Shown piece after piece: positions 36,430 to 46,900 of a stretch of DNA of 64,000 nt. Numbering within the stretch: the stretch's first letter is position 1; every line of letters begins with the position of its first letter. Source of the stretch: Bacteroidota bacterium (GTDB taxonomy: Bacteria > Bacteroidota > Bacteroidia > Chitinophagales > Saprospiraceae); contig JBEAQU010000032.1 in the NCBI GenBank assembly GCA_041163745.1, positions 1,454-65,453 of the forward strand. Reading direction: 5' to 3'. Made by a program: the position numbers and the translations under genes. A model generated the notes under the pieces. The model worked only from the letters and a program-made list of their open reading frames with translations, ran no database searches and was not told the origin of the DNA.

Positions 36430-37770
36430 TCAGTAAGGGGTATAGCTGAGGCGGAGGGTAGCCGGCCTGACCGGGTGGGCGGGTCCGAACAGGACGACGC
36501 GTTGGGGCTGGCGGGCTTTCTGGTATACGCTGATGCGCATTTTCTTCCCCGACAGTCCGCGGATCATATCCAGGGCATGGGCGGACAGGTTGATGGTGTA
36601 GGCATCCGATTCAGCGGTGGCATCCCCTCCGAAGATGGAGCTGAAACTATCTCCTACCCGGGAGATGGCGATGCTGATGTCATCGATGACCCGGGTGGTC
36701 GAGTCGGTGACCAGTTCGGACACCAGTACCTGGGGGACGGGGGTGAGGGCGGGGTCATCGCCGGGCAGCCGCCGGATGGGCAGCACCAGTTCCGCCCGGT
36801 TGACCACTACATCCCCGAGGTCATCGATATATGGAATTTCCAGCACGACATCCGTTCCGGACATTCCCTGCAGGAACAAGAGGCTGTCGGAGGCGCCTTC
36901 CGGCGTTTCGAGGAAGTCGGCGAGGGTGGCACCTTCGTAGGCATGGGTGTATTGTGCGGTCACGACATCACCGGACAGGATCGGGAACTGGTAGGACCGG
37001 GCGACGCTGTCGACCTTGTAATAAACCCATATTCCGGCCCGGCTGTCCCGCAGTTTGTAGCTGACCAGGCCGGCGGTTGTCTGGGAGGGGCGGAGTTGCA
37101 TGCCCTTGAAGAAAGCCTGGAATTCCGTATTGCGGTTCAATTGGGAGGTATCGGTCTTGAAGAAGAGGGTGCTGTAGAGCGGGTCGAAAGGGATGCGGAG
37201 CTGGGGCACCTGTTTTTGTGCGACCATGGAATCCCCGTTCGGGACCAGCACCTCGACGGAGTCGGTCACTTTTGGATAGAAGACAGTCGATGCGACGGGA
37301 TCCGATTCCGTCAGGAAGCTCCTGTTGGAGAAATAGCGGGTGGTGTCCGAGAGGTCTTCCGACAGCAGGTAGACGTCCAGGGTGTGCTGTTCCAGCAGAT
37401 TTCCATAGGAAAGGTCGGCATCATAAGGGAGTACCAGCACCATGGAGTCCAGCACCCCGCCCAGGAAGGAGGGGGCGACCGAGTTGAGGCTGACCTGGGC
37501 GTAGGCCGTAGCGGTGGTGGTACCGAAGACAGGGTCGAGCAGGATACCGACGGGCAGGCTGCCGATATTGGTGGCGAAGAGATTCGGATCGTATATCTTG
37601 ACGGAGTCGGCGGGCTCGGACCAGGCCCGTAGCTGGAAGGTATCCGTATGTTCCAGCGCGAGGCCGTCTTCGGCCAGCAGTTCGGAACCGATGGACGTGG
37701 GGTCGTTGCAGGCTGCCAGGGCGGCCAGGAGGCAGGCCGCCAGCAGGACGGACGGGAAAGGAAATTTCAT
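36430..37770 (-). CDS. DUF4270-like lipoprotein
   Basis: MKFPFPSVLLAACLLAALAAC lipobox. Its position next to the short glycogen synthase and panC is the usual Bacteroidota synteny for DUF4270. Confidence 0.7.
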   Translation of the reverse strand: MKFPFPSVLLAACLLAALAACNDPTSIGSELLAEDGLALEHTDTFQLRAWSEPADSVKIYDPNLFATNIGSLPVGILLDPVFGTTTATAYAQVSLNSVAPSFLGGVLDSMVLVLPYDADLSYGNLLEQHTLDVYLLSEDLSDTTRYFSNRSFLTESDPVASTVFYPKVTDSVEVLVPNGDSMVAQKQVPQLRIPFDPLYSTLFFKTDTSQLNRNTEFQAFFKGMQLRPSQTTAGLVSYKLRDSRAGIWVYYKVDSVARSYQFPILSGDVVTAQYTHAYEGATLADFLETPEGASDSLLFLQGMSGTDVVLEIPYIDDLGDVVVNRAELVLPIRRLPGDDPALTPVPQVLVSELVTDSTTRVIDDISIAISRVGDSFSSIFGGDATAESDAYTINLSAHALDMIRGLSGKKMRISVYQKARQPQRVVLFGPAHPVRPATLRLSYTPY

Positions 37771-38083
37771 GCTCGGTTTGATGCGTTTGACGGCTGTCCG
37801 GGAACCGGTTTATGGCCTGGAAGCAATGAATGTTGAGGAACTGAGGAACGGTCTGTCGTGCAGCGTCCGTTGGTTACCGTGCATAGTTGCGGGATCAGGT
37901 TCTCAAAAGGCATTATTCGCGGCCGAAACAATTTTCGGACAGGCGCTCGTGAAGAACAAGGAATCGCCACAAGCAAGGAATGCGGTCCGGATGTCAGGGT
38001 TGGTGGTCCTGCGAAGGAACGGCTCCGGTCCGGACTTCTGAGCCGGCGGGATGGGCCGGGACCGGTCGGTGATGACACCGGCC

Positions 38084-38911
38084 TTAGTGATCGACTGTTT
38101 CGGCCTCCAGCAATTCCTGGTAGAAATCGAGGCAGGCGTTGGGAAGTTCATCTGCGTTGGTGAAATCCAGGACCGGCTTGCCGGATTCCCGGATCAGTTT
38201 GCCGAGGGGATCCGACAGTTCCTGACTACCTACGACCAGGGCGTCCGCGAAGCGGATAGCGCCTTGGTGGAGGCTGATGCCCTTTCCGTTCAGGTAGGCA
38301 TGCAGGTCGACCTTTTCCAGATTATTGATGGAGGCTTTCTCCAGGAAGGATTCGGAAAAATGTTGGCCCATGGTGCCTGCATAAACGGAATACACGATTT
38401 TTGAGGACTGGAACAACGGTTCGGTGCGGTAGGCTTCCCTCACATAGAGCGGGATGAGGCTGGTCATCCATCCATGGCAGTGAATGATGTCTGGAGACCA
38501 TCCGAATTTACGGACGGTTTCGATGACCCCTTTGCAGAAGAAGACCATTCGGTCCGGGTTGTCTTCAAAGGGATCACCCGCATCGTCGGTGAATACGGAC
38601 TTCCTTTTGAAAAAATCGTCATTGTCGAGAAAGTACACCTGCATGCGGGCGCCGGGAAGGGAAGCCACCTTGATGATGAGCGGGAAGTCGTCATCGTCCA
38701 CGATGATGTTCATCCCGGAGAGACGCACCACTTCGTGCAATCGGTGCCTCCGTTCGTTGATGGTGCCGTAGCGGGGCATCAGCACCCTGATTTCCATTCC
38801 GTTGGACTGTGTATATTCCGGTAGTTTGCGAACGATGGCGGATATTTCGGAAAGTGCGGTGTAGGGTTCCATCTCCTGCGTCACAAATAATACTTTCTTC
38901 TTTTCTACCAT
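38084..38911 (-). CDS. glycogen/starch synthase family protein (short Bacteroidota form)
   Basis: KVLFVTQEMEPYT...IRVLMPRYG...DIIHCHGWMTSLIP is the N-terminal GT5-type domain only. Confidence 0.85.
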   Translation of the reverse strand: MVEKKKVLFVTQEMEPYTALSEISAIVRKLPEYTQSNGMEIRVLMPRYGTINERRHRLHEVVRLSGMNIIVDDDDFPLIIKVASLPGARMQVYFLDNDDFFKRKSVFTDDAGDPFEDNPDRMVFFCKGVIETVRKFGWSPDIIHCHGWMTSLIPLYVREAYRTEPLFQSSKIVYSVYAGTMGQHFSESFLEKASINNLEKVDLHAYLNGKGISLHQGAIRFADALVVGSQELSDPLGKLIRESGKPVLDFTNADELPNACLDFYQELLEAETVDH

Positions 38912-39174
38912 TTCCGGGACGAGTTTTAGTGATTAATGGCCGCTGTTGGCAACATGATGCAAAGATAGTAAAAAAAACAAGGGATTTTTGTGTCACGCCA
39001 AACACAAAAATTTGGGACTTTTGCCCCTTTTGTAACGGAAAAACGGATATTTCCGTTCCCGGAAGGCGTTCCGAAGGCGATTTGGCGCCGGCCAGCCCTG
39101 TCGGCGGTACTTGTGTCCCCATGGTTGTTCCGCCGTTCCGGCAGGGTCGTCCGGCAACCGAACAGGAGAGACCT

Positions 39175-40023
39175 ATGTTATTATTCAAGTGTCCGGAAGC
39201 CTTGGCTTCCTATCTTCGGTTCCGAAAGGAAAGCGGAGACAAGATCGGATTTGTCCCCACCATGGGAGCCCTGCACGAGGGCCATCTTTCGCTGGTCCGT
39301 CGGTCCTGTCTGGAAACGGACCTGACGGTCTGTTCGATATTCGTCAACCCGACCCAATTCAACGAGGCGAGCGACCTGTCCGCGTATCCAAGCACGCCTG
39401 GTCCGGATCTGTTATCGCTGTACCAAGGGGGCTGTCAGGTGTTGTTTAGGCCGGATGCATCCGGGATTTATCCGGAAGGAACCGTCCAAGAGCGACGGTT
39501 CGACCTCGGATTGCTGGAGACGACCATGGAGGGGGTATTCAGGCCCGGTCATTTCCAAGGGGTTGCGCAAGTGGTGCTGCGCTTGTTGCAAATCGTGACG
39601 CCGGACCGTCTGTACATGGGGCTGAAGGATTTCCAACAATGCGCGGTTGTCGGTCGGCTCTTGCGGACGGAATCCCTGCCGGGAGTGGAATTGATCTGCT
39701 GTCCCATTGTGCGGGAATCGGACGGCCTTGCGATGAGCAGCCGGAACGTCCGGATCGACCCCTCCCTGCGCCCCGTCGCCGCCACGCTCTACCAGGTCCT
39801 GCTGCAAGCCCGGGAACGCTTTCATTCGGCCCCGGTCGACACTGTCCGGCAGGAGGCTGTCCTGACCTTGGCGGCAGCCGGGTTCCGGCCGGAGTATTTT
39901 TCCATCGTGGACCGCGACAGCCTGCAGCCTGTGGAAAGCCCGTCGGACAGCGCACATCCCGTAGCCTGTGTGGCCGCCTGGTTGGGGTCGGTTCGCCTGA
40001 TAGACAACCTTTCCTTATATTGA
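39175..40023 (+). CDS. panC: pantoate--beta-alanine ligase
   Basis: ATG 39175 gives GFVPTMGALHEGHLSL and SIFVNPTQF. Confidence 0.95.
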   Translation: MLLFKCPEALASYLRFRKESGDKIGFVPTMGALHEGHLSLVRRSCLETDLTVCSIFVNPTQFNEASDLSAYPSTPGPDLLSLYQGGCQVLFRPDASGIYPEGTVQERRFDLGLLETTMEGVFRPGHFQGVAQVVLRLLQIVTPDRLYMGLKDFQQCAVVGRLLRTESLPGVELICCPIVRESDGLAMSSRNVRIDPSLRPVAATLYQVLLQARERFHSAPVDTVRQEAVLTLAAAGFRPEYFSIVDRDSLQPVESPSDSAHPVACVAAWLGSVRLIDNLSLY

Positions 40024-40227
40024 ATCAGCTTCCCTCGCTTTATATCCTGAAAAAACGTATTTTTAGCGCCTTTTCAGGCGTCGCTCCCCGATGAACAGGT
40101 CGTTCGGCGCCATCCTCCGGATACCGCAGGCCGGCTTCCCTGCCTCTGCGACCGATTGTCTCTCAGATTCAATAGGCCAGCCCTTCGGATATCCCGGCAA
40201 GCGGTGAGGCCTCAAAACAACGTCCAC

Positions 40228-40533
40228 ATGTCCCGCATTTACCAATATATGGTTGATTTTCAAATGCCGGAGAGCCTGTCATCGGATTTCTTCCAGCTCC
40301 TGCCCTCGCAGCGATCCCTGGTCAGCCAGCTGCTTCGGGAGGGCAAGATCATCAATTACGCCCTGTCGCTCGAACATGCGCGGATCTGGGCGGTGGTATC
40401 GGCCGGTTCGGAAAACGAAGTGTACAGGCTGTTGGACATGTTGCCGCTGACCAGGTTCCTGCAGTACGAGGTCAGCCAGCTTACCTTCTACCACGCGGCG
40501 GCCTCGGAGGATCCCGCCTTCTCCCTGAACTGA
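40228..40533 (+). CDS. small muconolactone-isomerase-like (ferredoxin-fold) protein
   Basis: ATG 40228 gives MSRIYQYMVDFQMPESL...LLREGKIINYALS...EVYRLLDMLPLTRFLQYEVSQL. The pattern parallels MIase family proteins. Confidence 0.55.
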   Translation: MSRIYQYMVDFQMPESLSSDFFQLLPSQRSLVSQLLREGKIINYALSLEHARIWAVVSAGSENEVYRLLDMLPLTRFLQYEVSQLTFYHAAASEDPAFSLN

Positions 40534-40536
40534 CCC

Positions 40537-41049
40537 TCACCGGTACCACCCGGCGTACAAGATGTAATTGTCCGCAATACGGCTGATGTTGTGCCGGAAC
40601 ACTTCCGCCGGTAACGGCTTGACCTGCCGGGCGGGCACCCCCGCGTAGATATGGCCGGATTCCAGCACGGATCCCTCCAGAACGACCGCACCGGCGGCGA
40701 TCAGCACATTTTCCTGAACGACGGCATGGTCCATCACAATGGCCCCCATTCCCACCAGCACATGGTCATGTATGGTGCAGCCGTGAACCAATGCCCGGTG
40801 TCCGATGCTCACATTGTTCCCGATGGTGGTACCGGCATGCTGGTAGGTTCCGTGCAGGATGGCACCGTCCTGTATATTGACCTTGTTGCCGATCCGGATG
40901 AAGTTGACATCGCCGCGGACAACCGCCTGGAACCAGACGCTGCAGTCGTCCCCCGTCACGATATCCCCGACCAGGGTGGCGTTTTCCGCAAGAAAACATC
41001 GGTCGCCGAATTGGGGACTGAATCCCCTTACTTGTTTGATGATTGCCAT
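40537..41049 (-). CDS. gamma carbonic anhydrase-like / hexapeptide-repeat protein
   Basis: ATG 41049 gives the left-handed beta-helix hexapeptide repeats of the YrdA/PaaY family (IGNKVNIQDGAILHG...IGHRALVHGCTI). Confidence 0.9.
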   Translation of the reverse strand: MAIIKQVRGFSPQFGDRCFLAENATLVGDIVTGDDCSVWFQAVVRGDVNFIRIGNKVNIQDGAILHGTYQHAGTTIGNNVSIGHRALVHGCTIHDHVLVGMGAIVMDHAVVQENVLIAAGAVVLEGSVLESGHIYAGVPARQVKPLPAEVFRHNISRIADNYILYAGWYR

Positions 41050-41085
41050 ACGCTTATTATTTCGCCCGTACACAACCCACCCCGG

Positions 41086-42627
41086 TCAGCGGCCGGTCAG
41101 CGGGACGGGCAGCAGTTCCATGAGGACCTGGTGCAGCCGAACGGTCCGTAACATACGGTGGATTTCCTTTTTCCAGACCGGGGGCAGACCGTAAGCATCC
41201 GGCCAGCCGTCCGCCAGCACCGGCAATACCTGCGGAAGGCTGCATCCGCCCAACCAACGCAACAGCCGCCTGTCGAAACGAGTGCATTTTCTCGCCCCCG
41301 GGTAAGCGCCGAACGATTGCTGCAGGCGGCGCCCGACCAACACAGACAATCGCTGGTCCCAGACAGTCGGCTCCCGGAAGAGCAATCGGAAGACCGGATT
41401 GTTTTCATCCGGCAATCCGCTGCGGTCGGCAAGATAATCATGCGCCTGAGCCATGGCCATCGCCGCCGGCAGCTCCCGCAGGAAGTACGTCACAGCCGGA
41501 TGGTACCAACCGTCGTACCCCTCGTCCATGTCGAACAGCCTCCGCAGCAACAACTGTTGCCAGACCGGGTCGCGGAACGTCGCGGCAGCCATCAACAAAG
41601 CGGGAAAGATCACGTTCCCCCATTGGCACGTCAGGATACGGTCCACTATGACGGCAGGCGGCCAGCCCAGGTGTCGCTCCCAACTGCCAGGTGGGACTTT
41701 GGACAGCACCAGGCCCAGGTAGACCGCTTGCTCCCCGCCCGGCCAGTCCGTATCGTCCCATGCCAACTGTGCCCTGTCTTGTTCGCGGATCTCCTTTCCG
41801 GGTATCAGGATGTCGATGCGACCCTGGTCCGTCCTCCAGATGGATCGGCCACGGCTTTCCCATCCCTTCACATCGCCGGATCCGGCATATGCCGAAGCCT
41901 GCAAGGCACCGGCCGCCTGTCGTACCTCCTTGCGGCTGTCCGCCAACCCTCTCAGCAAAAGTACACGGTCGTCGTCGCTGTACCCGTGAATCAATTGGGA
42001 CAGCCATTCCTTCTTTTCCACAGGGGAATAGGCCGACCATTCCCGCAATGCTTGTTCCCTTGCGGCGCTGGCATCGGTCAATCGGAAATACCGCACCGAC
42101 CGCCGATAAGACAAAGCGCTGAGCGATCCTTTTTCCGCAGGGGGCGGCATCAACAGGAAGCGCCATTCCGGATGCTGCCGCAGCAACCATTTTCCTACGG
42201 CGTCCAATCGGCGGAACAACCAACCGAACTTGTCGTCCGCATCCGGACGCATCAACAGCAGCGGCAGGTATTCCGCCGGAAAAGCATACCCTCCCGCTTC
42301 CATGCGGCTCATCAGGGAGGGCAGCAGGATGTCATCCCCCCCCTCCAGCACCCTGCCGACCAATGGCAAGGCATCGGTCGGAAAAGGACGCAACGCCTCG
42401 GCATCCGCCGGCGGTGGCGTCGGCATATCCGAACTGGACAAGGCTCCTGGGCGTACGCCTGCCCTGGACAGCTGTCGCTCCAACACCGCCGCCATGGCCA
42501 ACAGGCGGGCCGGGGGATCCTGCCCTCCCTCCAGCCCATGCTCCCTTAGCAAGGTGCGCACGGAAACCGGCAGGACTGTTTGGTCCGTACCGAGCAACGC
42601 CGTCCTGATAATGTCGTTCCAAAGCAT
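41086..42627 (-). CDS. hypothetical protein, DUF5691-like
   Basis: A 513-aa ORF with a clean ATG and a helical, Leu/Arg/Trp-rich composition. The N-terminus WNDIIRTALLGTDQ resembles the ALLGT(D/E)R signature I associate with DUF5691. Confidence 0.55.
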   Translation of the reverse strand: MLWNDIIRTALLGTDQTVLPVSVRTLLREHGLEGGQDPPARLLAMAAVLERQLSRAGVRPGALSSSDMPTPPPADAEALRPFPTDALPLVGRVLEGGDDILLPSLMSRMEAGGYAFPAEYLPLLLMRPDADDKFGWLFRRLDAVGKWLLRQHPEWRFLLMPPPAEKGSLSALSYRRSVRYFRLTDASAAREQALREWSAYSPVEKKEWLSQLIHGYSDDDRVLLLRGLADSRKEVRQAAGALQASAYAGSGDVKGWESRGRSIWRTDQGRIDILIPGKEIREQDRAQLAWDDTDWPGGEQAVYLGLVLSKVPPGSWERHLGWPPAVIVDRILTCQWGNVIFPALLMAAATFRDPVWQQLLLRRLFDMDEGYDGWYHPAVTYFLRELPAAMAMAQAHDYLADRSGLPDENNPVFRLLFREPTVWDQRLSVLVGRRLQQSFGAYPGARKCTRFDRRLLRWLGGCSLPQVLPVLADGWPDAYGLPPVWKKEIHRMLRTVRLHQVLMELLPVPLTGR

Positions 42628-42776
42628 TCGTGTCGCTGGATAAAGGTTCCATTTCGTTTTCCGGTGTTCGGGTCATGAACGCTTGGTGACAAACACAAAA
42701 GCGGACCGGACACTTACCGGAACCATGGTCGCAAGACATCCTTTTCGGAAATCTGGGGCCGGCATGCATGGTGCTG

Positions 42777-42784
42777 CAAATTTA
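42777..42784 (-). promoter_or_regulatory. -7 box candidate TAAATTTG upstream of the DUF5691-like gene
   Basis: Plus-strand CAAATTTA equals minus-strand TAAATTTG, about 150 nt upstream of ATG 42627. Confidence 0.2.
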
Positions 42785-42868
42785 CACGCAGCCCGGGTAC
42801 CAGGCCAACCTATTTTAGACCACCCGTCCACCCGGGGCGCTTTCGCCGGCGGTTCACGCATCCGTTTC

Positions 42869-43888
42869 CTAACAAAAGAAAAAATAGTCACGGCCTTCCG
42901 ACAAACCGCCAGCGTCCATCCACCGTCCGATCTCATCCGCTGCCCCACGGGCCGCGACGGTGACCAATACCTGCGGCCGCGGCATATTCCGCAGGCTTTC
43001 CGGGGATTGGAGCCGGACACCCCGTATGATGTGGCCGCATTTGCGGGGATTGTCACAAACCCAGGAAAATGCGATGTTCCGAGCGGCCAACAGCCCGGCG
43101 ACGACCTTGCCCTTGCGACCGGCGCCCCACACTACCAAGGTTCTGTCGGAGTCATAGTCGGCCATCAGGAACCAAGAGACCTTTAACGGGAGGAAAGCAT
43201 TGTCGGCATAGACATCCTGTGTCCTGGAAGAGCGGTCGGGGTGGTCACGCCAAGCGTGCAACACCTCCGGGCAAGCCAGGATTTGCAGCCCCGCCGCGCG
43301 GAAGCGGAACGCCAGGTCGTAATCTTCCGGGTATATGTCCTCCCGGAACGCCCCGCAAATCGACAGGTTCTCCCGCCAGGTCATCCAACAGGGCGAAGGG
43401 ATGGTACATTCCCGATAAATCTCCAGGTAATGCCTGCGTCCGTCGGCCAGTCCGTTCAACCAATCCGCATATCGTCGGTAACCCGCACCCAGCCCTTGGT
43501 CCCCGAAGTAGCGTACCTTACCTATGGCGACGGCCCGTCGGTCCGGATGTTCTCTCAAGGCATCCCGTAGGCAACGGAGTTTGGTGGGCAGCATCAGATC
43601 ATCGGCATCCATCCGGGTCACCAGCGCTCCTGCGGTGCGCTGGAAAGCTGTTCGCAAAGCCGGTGCGATGCCCTTTCCCTCATTGTGACACCATCGGATT
43701 CGGTGGTCACGGGCGGCATATCCCGAGAGGATGGCCGGGCTGCCATCGGAAGAATGGTCGTCGACCGCCCACAATTCCCAGTCCGGAATGTCCTGGGCCA
43801 GCACGCTGTCCAGGCAGGCGGACAGGAAAGGCTCGGCATTCAAGACAGGCAGGAGGATGGAGACGGTGGTCGTCATGATGGCCGGCAT
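42869..43888 (-). CDS. family 2 glycosyltransferase with C-terminal Rossmann-like extension
   Basis: VSILLPVLNAEPFL...AVDDHSSDGS...RMDADD (the DxD region of GT2). The C-terminal ~110 aa contain VVWGAGRKGKVVAGLL (GxGxxG-like). Confidence 0.85.
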   Translation of the reverse strand: MPAIMTTTVSILLPVLNAEPFLSACLDSVLAQDIPDWELWAVDDHSSDGSPAILSGYAARDHRIRWCHNEGKGIAPALRTAFQRTAGALVTRMDADDLMLPTKLRCLRDALREHPDRRAVAIGKVRYFGDQGLGAGYRRYADWLNGLADGRRHYLEIYRECTIPSPCWMTWRENLSICGAFREDIYPEDYDLAFRFRAAGLQILACPEVLHAWRDHPDRSSRTQDVYADNAFLPLKVSWFLMADYDSDRTLVVWGAGRKGKVVAGLLAARNIAFSWVCDNPRKCGHIIRGVRLQSPESLRNMPRPQVLVTVAARGAADEIGRWMDAGGLSEGRDYFFFC

Positions 43889-43916
43889 TGCGGAATCGCC
43901 CGGTCCGCCGAACGGC

Positions 43917-43965
43917 GGCGCCCCTGTCCGTGCTCCCGTGTGGGCGCAGGACGGACAGGGGCGCC
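43917..43965. other. GC-rich 15-bp inverted repeat between the adhesin stop and the GT2 start
   Basis: GGCGCCCCTGTCCGT...ACGGACAGGGGCGCC with a 19-nt loop and no U-tract. Confidence 0.35.
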
Positions 43966-43971
43966 GGCGGG

Positions 43972-46900
43972 TCAGCGTACGAGGGTGAGGTCTCCTTCAT
44001 AGAGTTGGAGCCGGCCGTCCACAAACTCGATTTCCGCGAACCAAGTGAAGACCCCCGGGTCGAGGGGCTTGCCACGGTATAGACCGTCCCAATATACGGC
44101 CGGGTCGTTCGGTTCGAAGCCGAACGACTGGAAGACCGTTTCCCCCCAGCGGTTGAAGACCAGAAAGGACTTGATGCGGAGCACCTGGGGGCCGGCGTAG
44201 AGCTGGAACAAGTCGTTGACCCCGTCGTTGTTGGGAGAGAACGCGTTCGGGACGAAGACCGGACGGTCTTTGCGGACGAAGACCGTCAGGTTGTCGGAAT
44301 CCTGGCAGCCGTCTTTGTCGACGGTCACCGAAAAGGTTGTCTGGGTGGTTGGGGTCACCCAATTTTCCGGGCAGGTCGGGCATGGGACGGCATCCTCGGG
44401 CGTCCAGACAACGGCATCAAGCGAATCGAAAGCGGGAGAGACGTCGATGGTAAGCAAGGCCGAATCGCCAAGACTGATGATGTTGTCGTCGCCCTCACTG
44501 ACCATGACGATGGACACATCCACCAGCGAAGGTTCGGCGACCTCGAAGGTGACCGTCCGTTCGCAGCCGGCGGCGTCCACGATCTCGAGGGTGTATTCGC
44601 CCGGCGAGAGGTTGGTGAACTGTTTCTGGGTGGAGAACGGCCCGCCGTTGAAAGCGCAGAGGTAGGGCGGCAGTCCGTTGGTGATGCTGTCGACCAGGAT
44701 GAACCCGTCCTGGTCTCCGAAGCAACTGACGCCCGACACGGTGATGTGTGGTTCGGGGAGGGTGACGATCTGGGAGACCGTCACCGCATCGGTGGCGGAG
44801 CAACCAGAGAGGTTGTCGGTCACGACGAGGGTGTAGGTGCCGGGGCTGGAAGTGGACGGGTTGGCGACACCGGGGTTGTCGACGCCGCCCGACCATTGAT
44901 AGGACAGGCCCGGCTGCGATGTGCTGCCGAGGGTGACGGAGGCCAGGTCGCAGTTGAGGCCCTGGTCCTGGCCGGCATTGGCGACGGGGGAAGGAGAGAC
45001 GGCCACCACCACGGCGGATTGGTCATCGGTACAAGGGGGGCTGGCGGACACCGTATATGTGAAGGTGTTGGCACCGACAGGCAGCGAGTTGGTGTTCACC
45101 ATGCCGTTGGGAACGGCGGCGCCGGCGGCTGTCAGCCAGGATCCGTCCGGGTCGGCACCGGACAGCAGGGTGGCCAGGTCGACCATGGCATCGTCTCCTT
45201 CACAGAAGGACAGCGGGGCGGTGGGTATCCCGGCATCTACGGCGGCGGAGACGAGGATGGTGTCCGCCGCAGCGGTCGGTGTGGCGCAACCGGCCCCGAG
45301 GTCCGTCACGGCGATCATCTGGATGACAGTCTGTATGGTAGGGTTGAGGGCCAGGGTGAACGGGCTGGTGATATTGGATGAGCTGGTGGGTGTGCCGTTG
45401 ACAGCATAGCTGATGTTATAGGGCCCCACCCCATCCATGCTGAACACGACTTGGGCGGCGGCTCCTTCGCAGACGGCATCCGAGGCGACCAGGCTGACGT
45501 CCGGCAGGGGGTTCCACACCACCGGTGTGCCGGGCGCCACACTCAGGCAGAAGTCGGTCAGGTCGACGGCACCGGTTCCGTCGTTGTTGGCGGCGACGGC
45601 ACTGATGTAATAGGTGGTTCCGGCCTGCATGGTGTTCGGGTTGAAGTTGAAGCCGGCTTGGGAATTGACGGCCAGCACGGTACCCAGGGAGGCACCGCTG
45701 CCGGTATGCAGATAATACCAGAGGACATCATCCGGATCCAGGACCTCGCCGGTGCTTCCGCCGAAGATGGCGATGCCTTCGTTGAGGCAGGCATCCAGCG
45801 GGCCGGCCGGCATGGTGCCGGCGAACGTCTCGCAGTTGCAGTCCAGCACCCCCGAGATGGTATCCGAGCCACATCCGTTGGCATCCGAGACGATGAAAGT
45901 ATGGAACACATCGCTGGGGATGTTGTTGCTGGTGAACACGCCGTTGGACAACGAACCGGTGTTGGGAGGGGACACGGCATAGGATGCGGGGTCACCGCCG
46001 GTGATGGAGAAGACCACTGTGTAGGTGTTCGTATCGGGATCGCAGGCGGAGGTGCCGTTCGAGATGACCGGGGCGGTGTTCACCTGGACCACGGCCTGTC
46101 CGTCGACCGTACCGGGACAGTTTTCGTCTTGGAAATTGAGGAGTTCATAGGATGTGGTCAGGCCGGGGGTGACGGAATACGTCAGGTCCGTGGTGGTGAT
46201 ACCGGACAGATCCTCTCCGTTGATGGAGAACTGGAAAGGTTGTTCGCCGGTGAGGGAGATGGTCAGTTCCGTGGAAGCCCCCAGGCAGAGCGCCGTGCTG
46301 CCGGCCAGGGTGGCCGTGGGAATTTCGTAGAACGTGACGGGGGTACCTTGTGCGACCTGTAGACAGGGGTCGCTGAGGTCCACCGTTCCGGTTGGCAGGC
46401 CGTTGCCCACGGCGGCGGAGATATAGTAGGTGACGCCGTATGACATGTTGGCGGGATTGAATCCGAAGGTCGGATCGTCCTGTTGGGTGGCCAGGACGGT
46501 TCCGGGATTGGTGCCGCTGTTGGTATGGAGGATGAACACACGGATGTCATCTGGATCCAGCACCTGTTCGGTCAAGTCGTAGACGGCCGTCACCGGGCCG
46601 GTTCCGCATACAGTCAGCGGGGGGCCGACCATGACTCCGACATCGGTGGTGCAATCGCAGAAAACCTCCGTTTGCTGGAGGGTTTTAGGGGCGCAACCGT
46701 TGGCATCGGTCACGGTGAAGAGGTAACCCTCTCCGGCGGTGATGGGGTCGCTGACGAACACGTTGCCGGTCAGGGTCCCGGTAGCGGGGGAAACGGAATA
46801 ACTGCCGGGGTCTCCTCCGGTGATGGTCAGCTGCACGGTGTAGAAGGTTCCGCCGAGGTCACAGATAGTCTCTGCGCTGGCATTTACGGCGGTGTTGACG

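Noticed and set aside
41158-42549. 463-aa plus-strand ORF
   Set aside because: It is antisense to the DUF5691-like gene. It is Arg/Gln/Pro-rich and less protein-like than the minus-strand frame, which has a clean ATG and a helical pattern.
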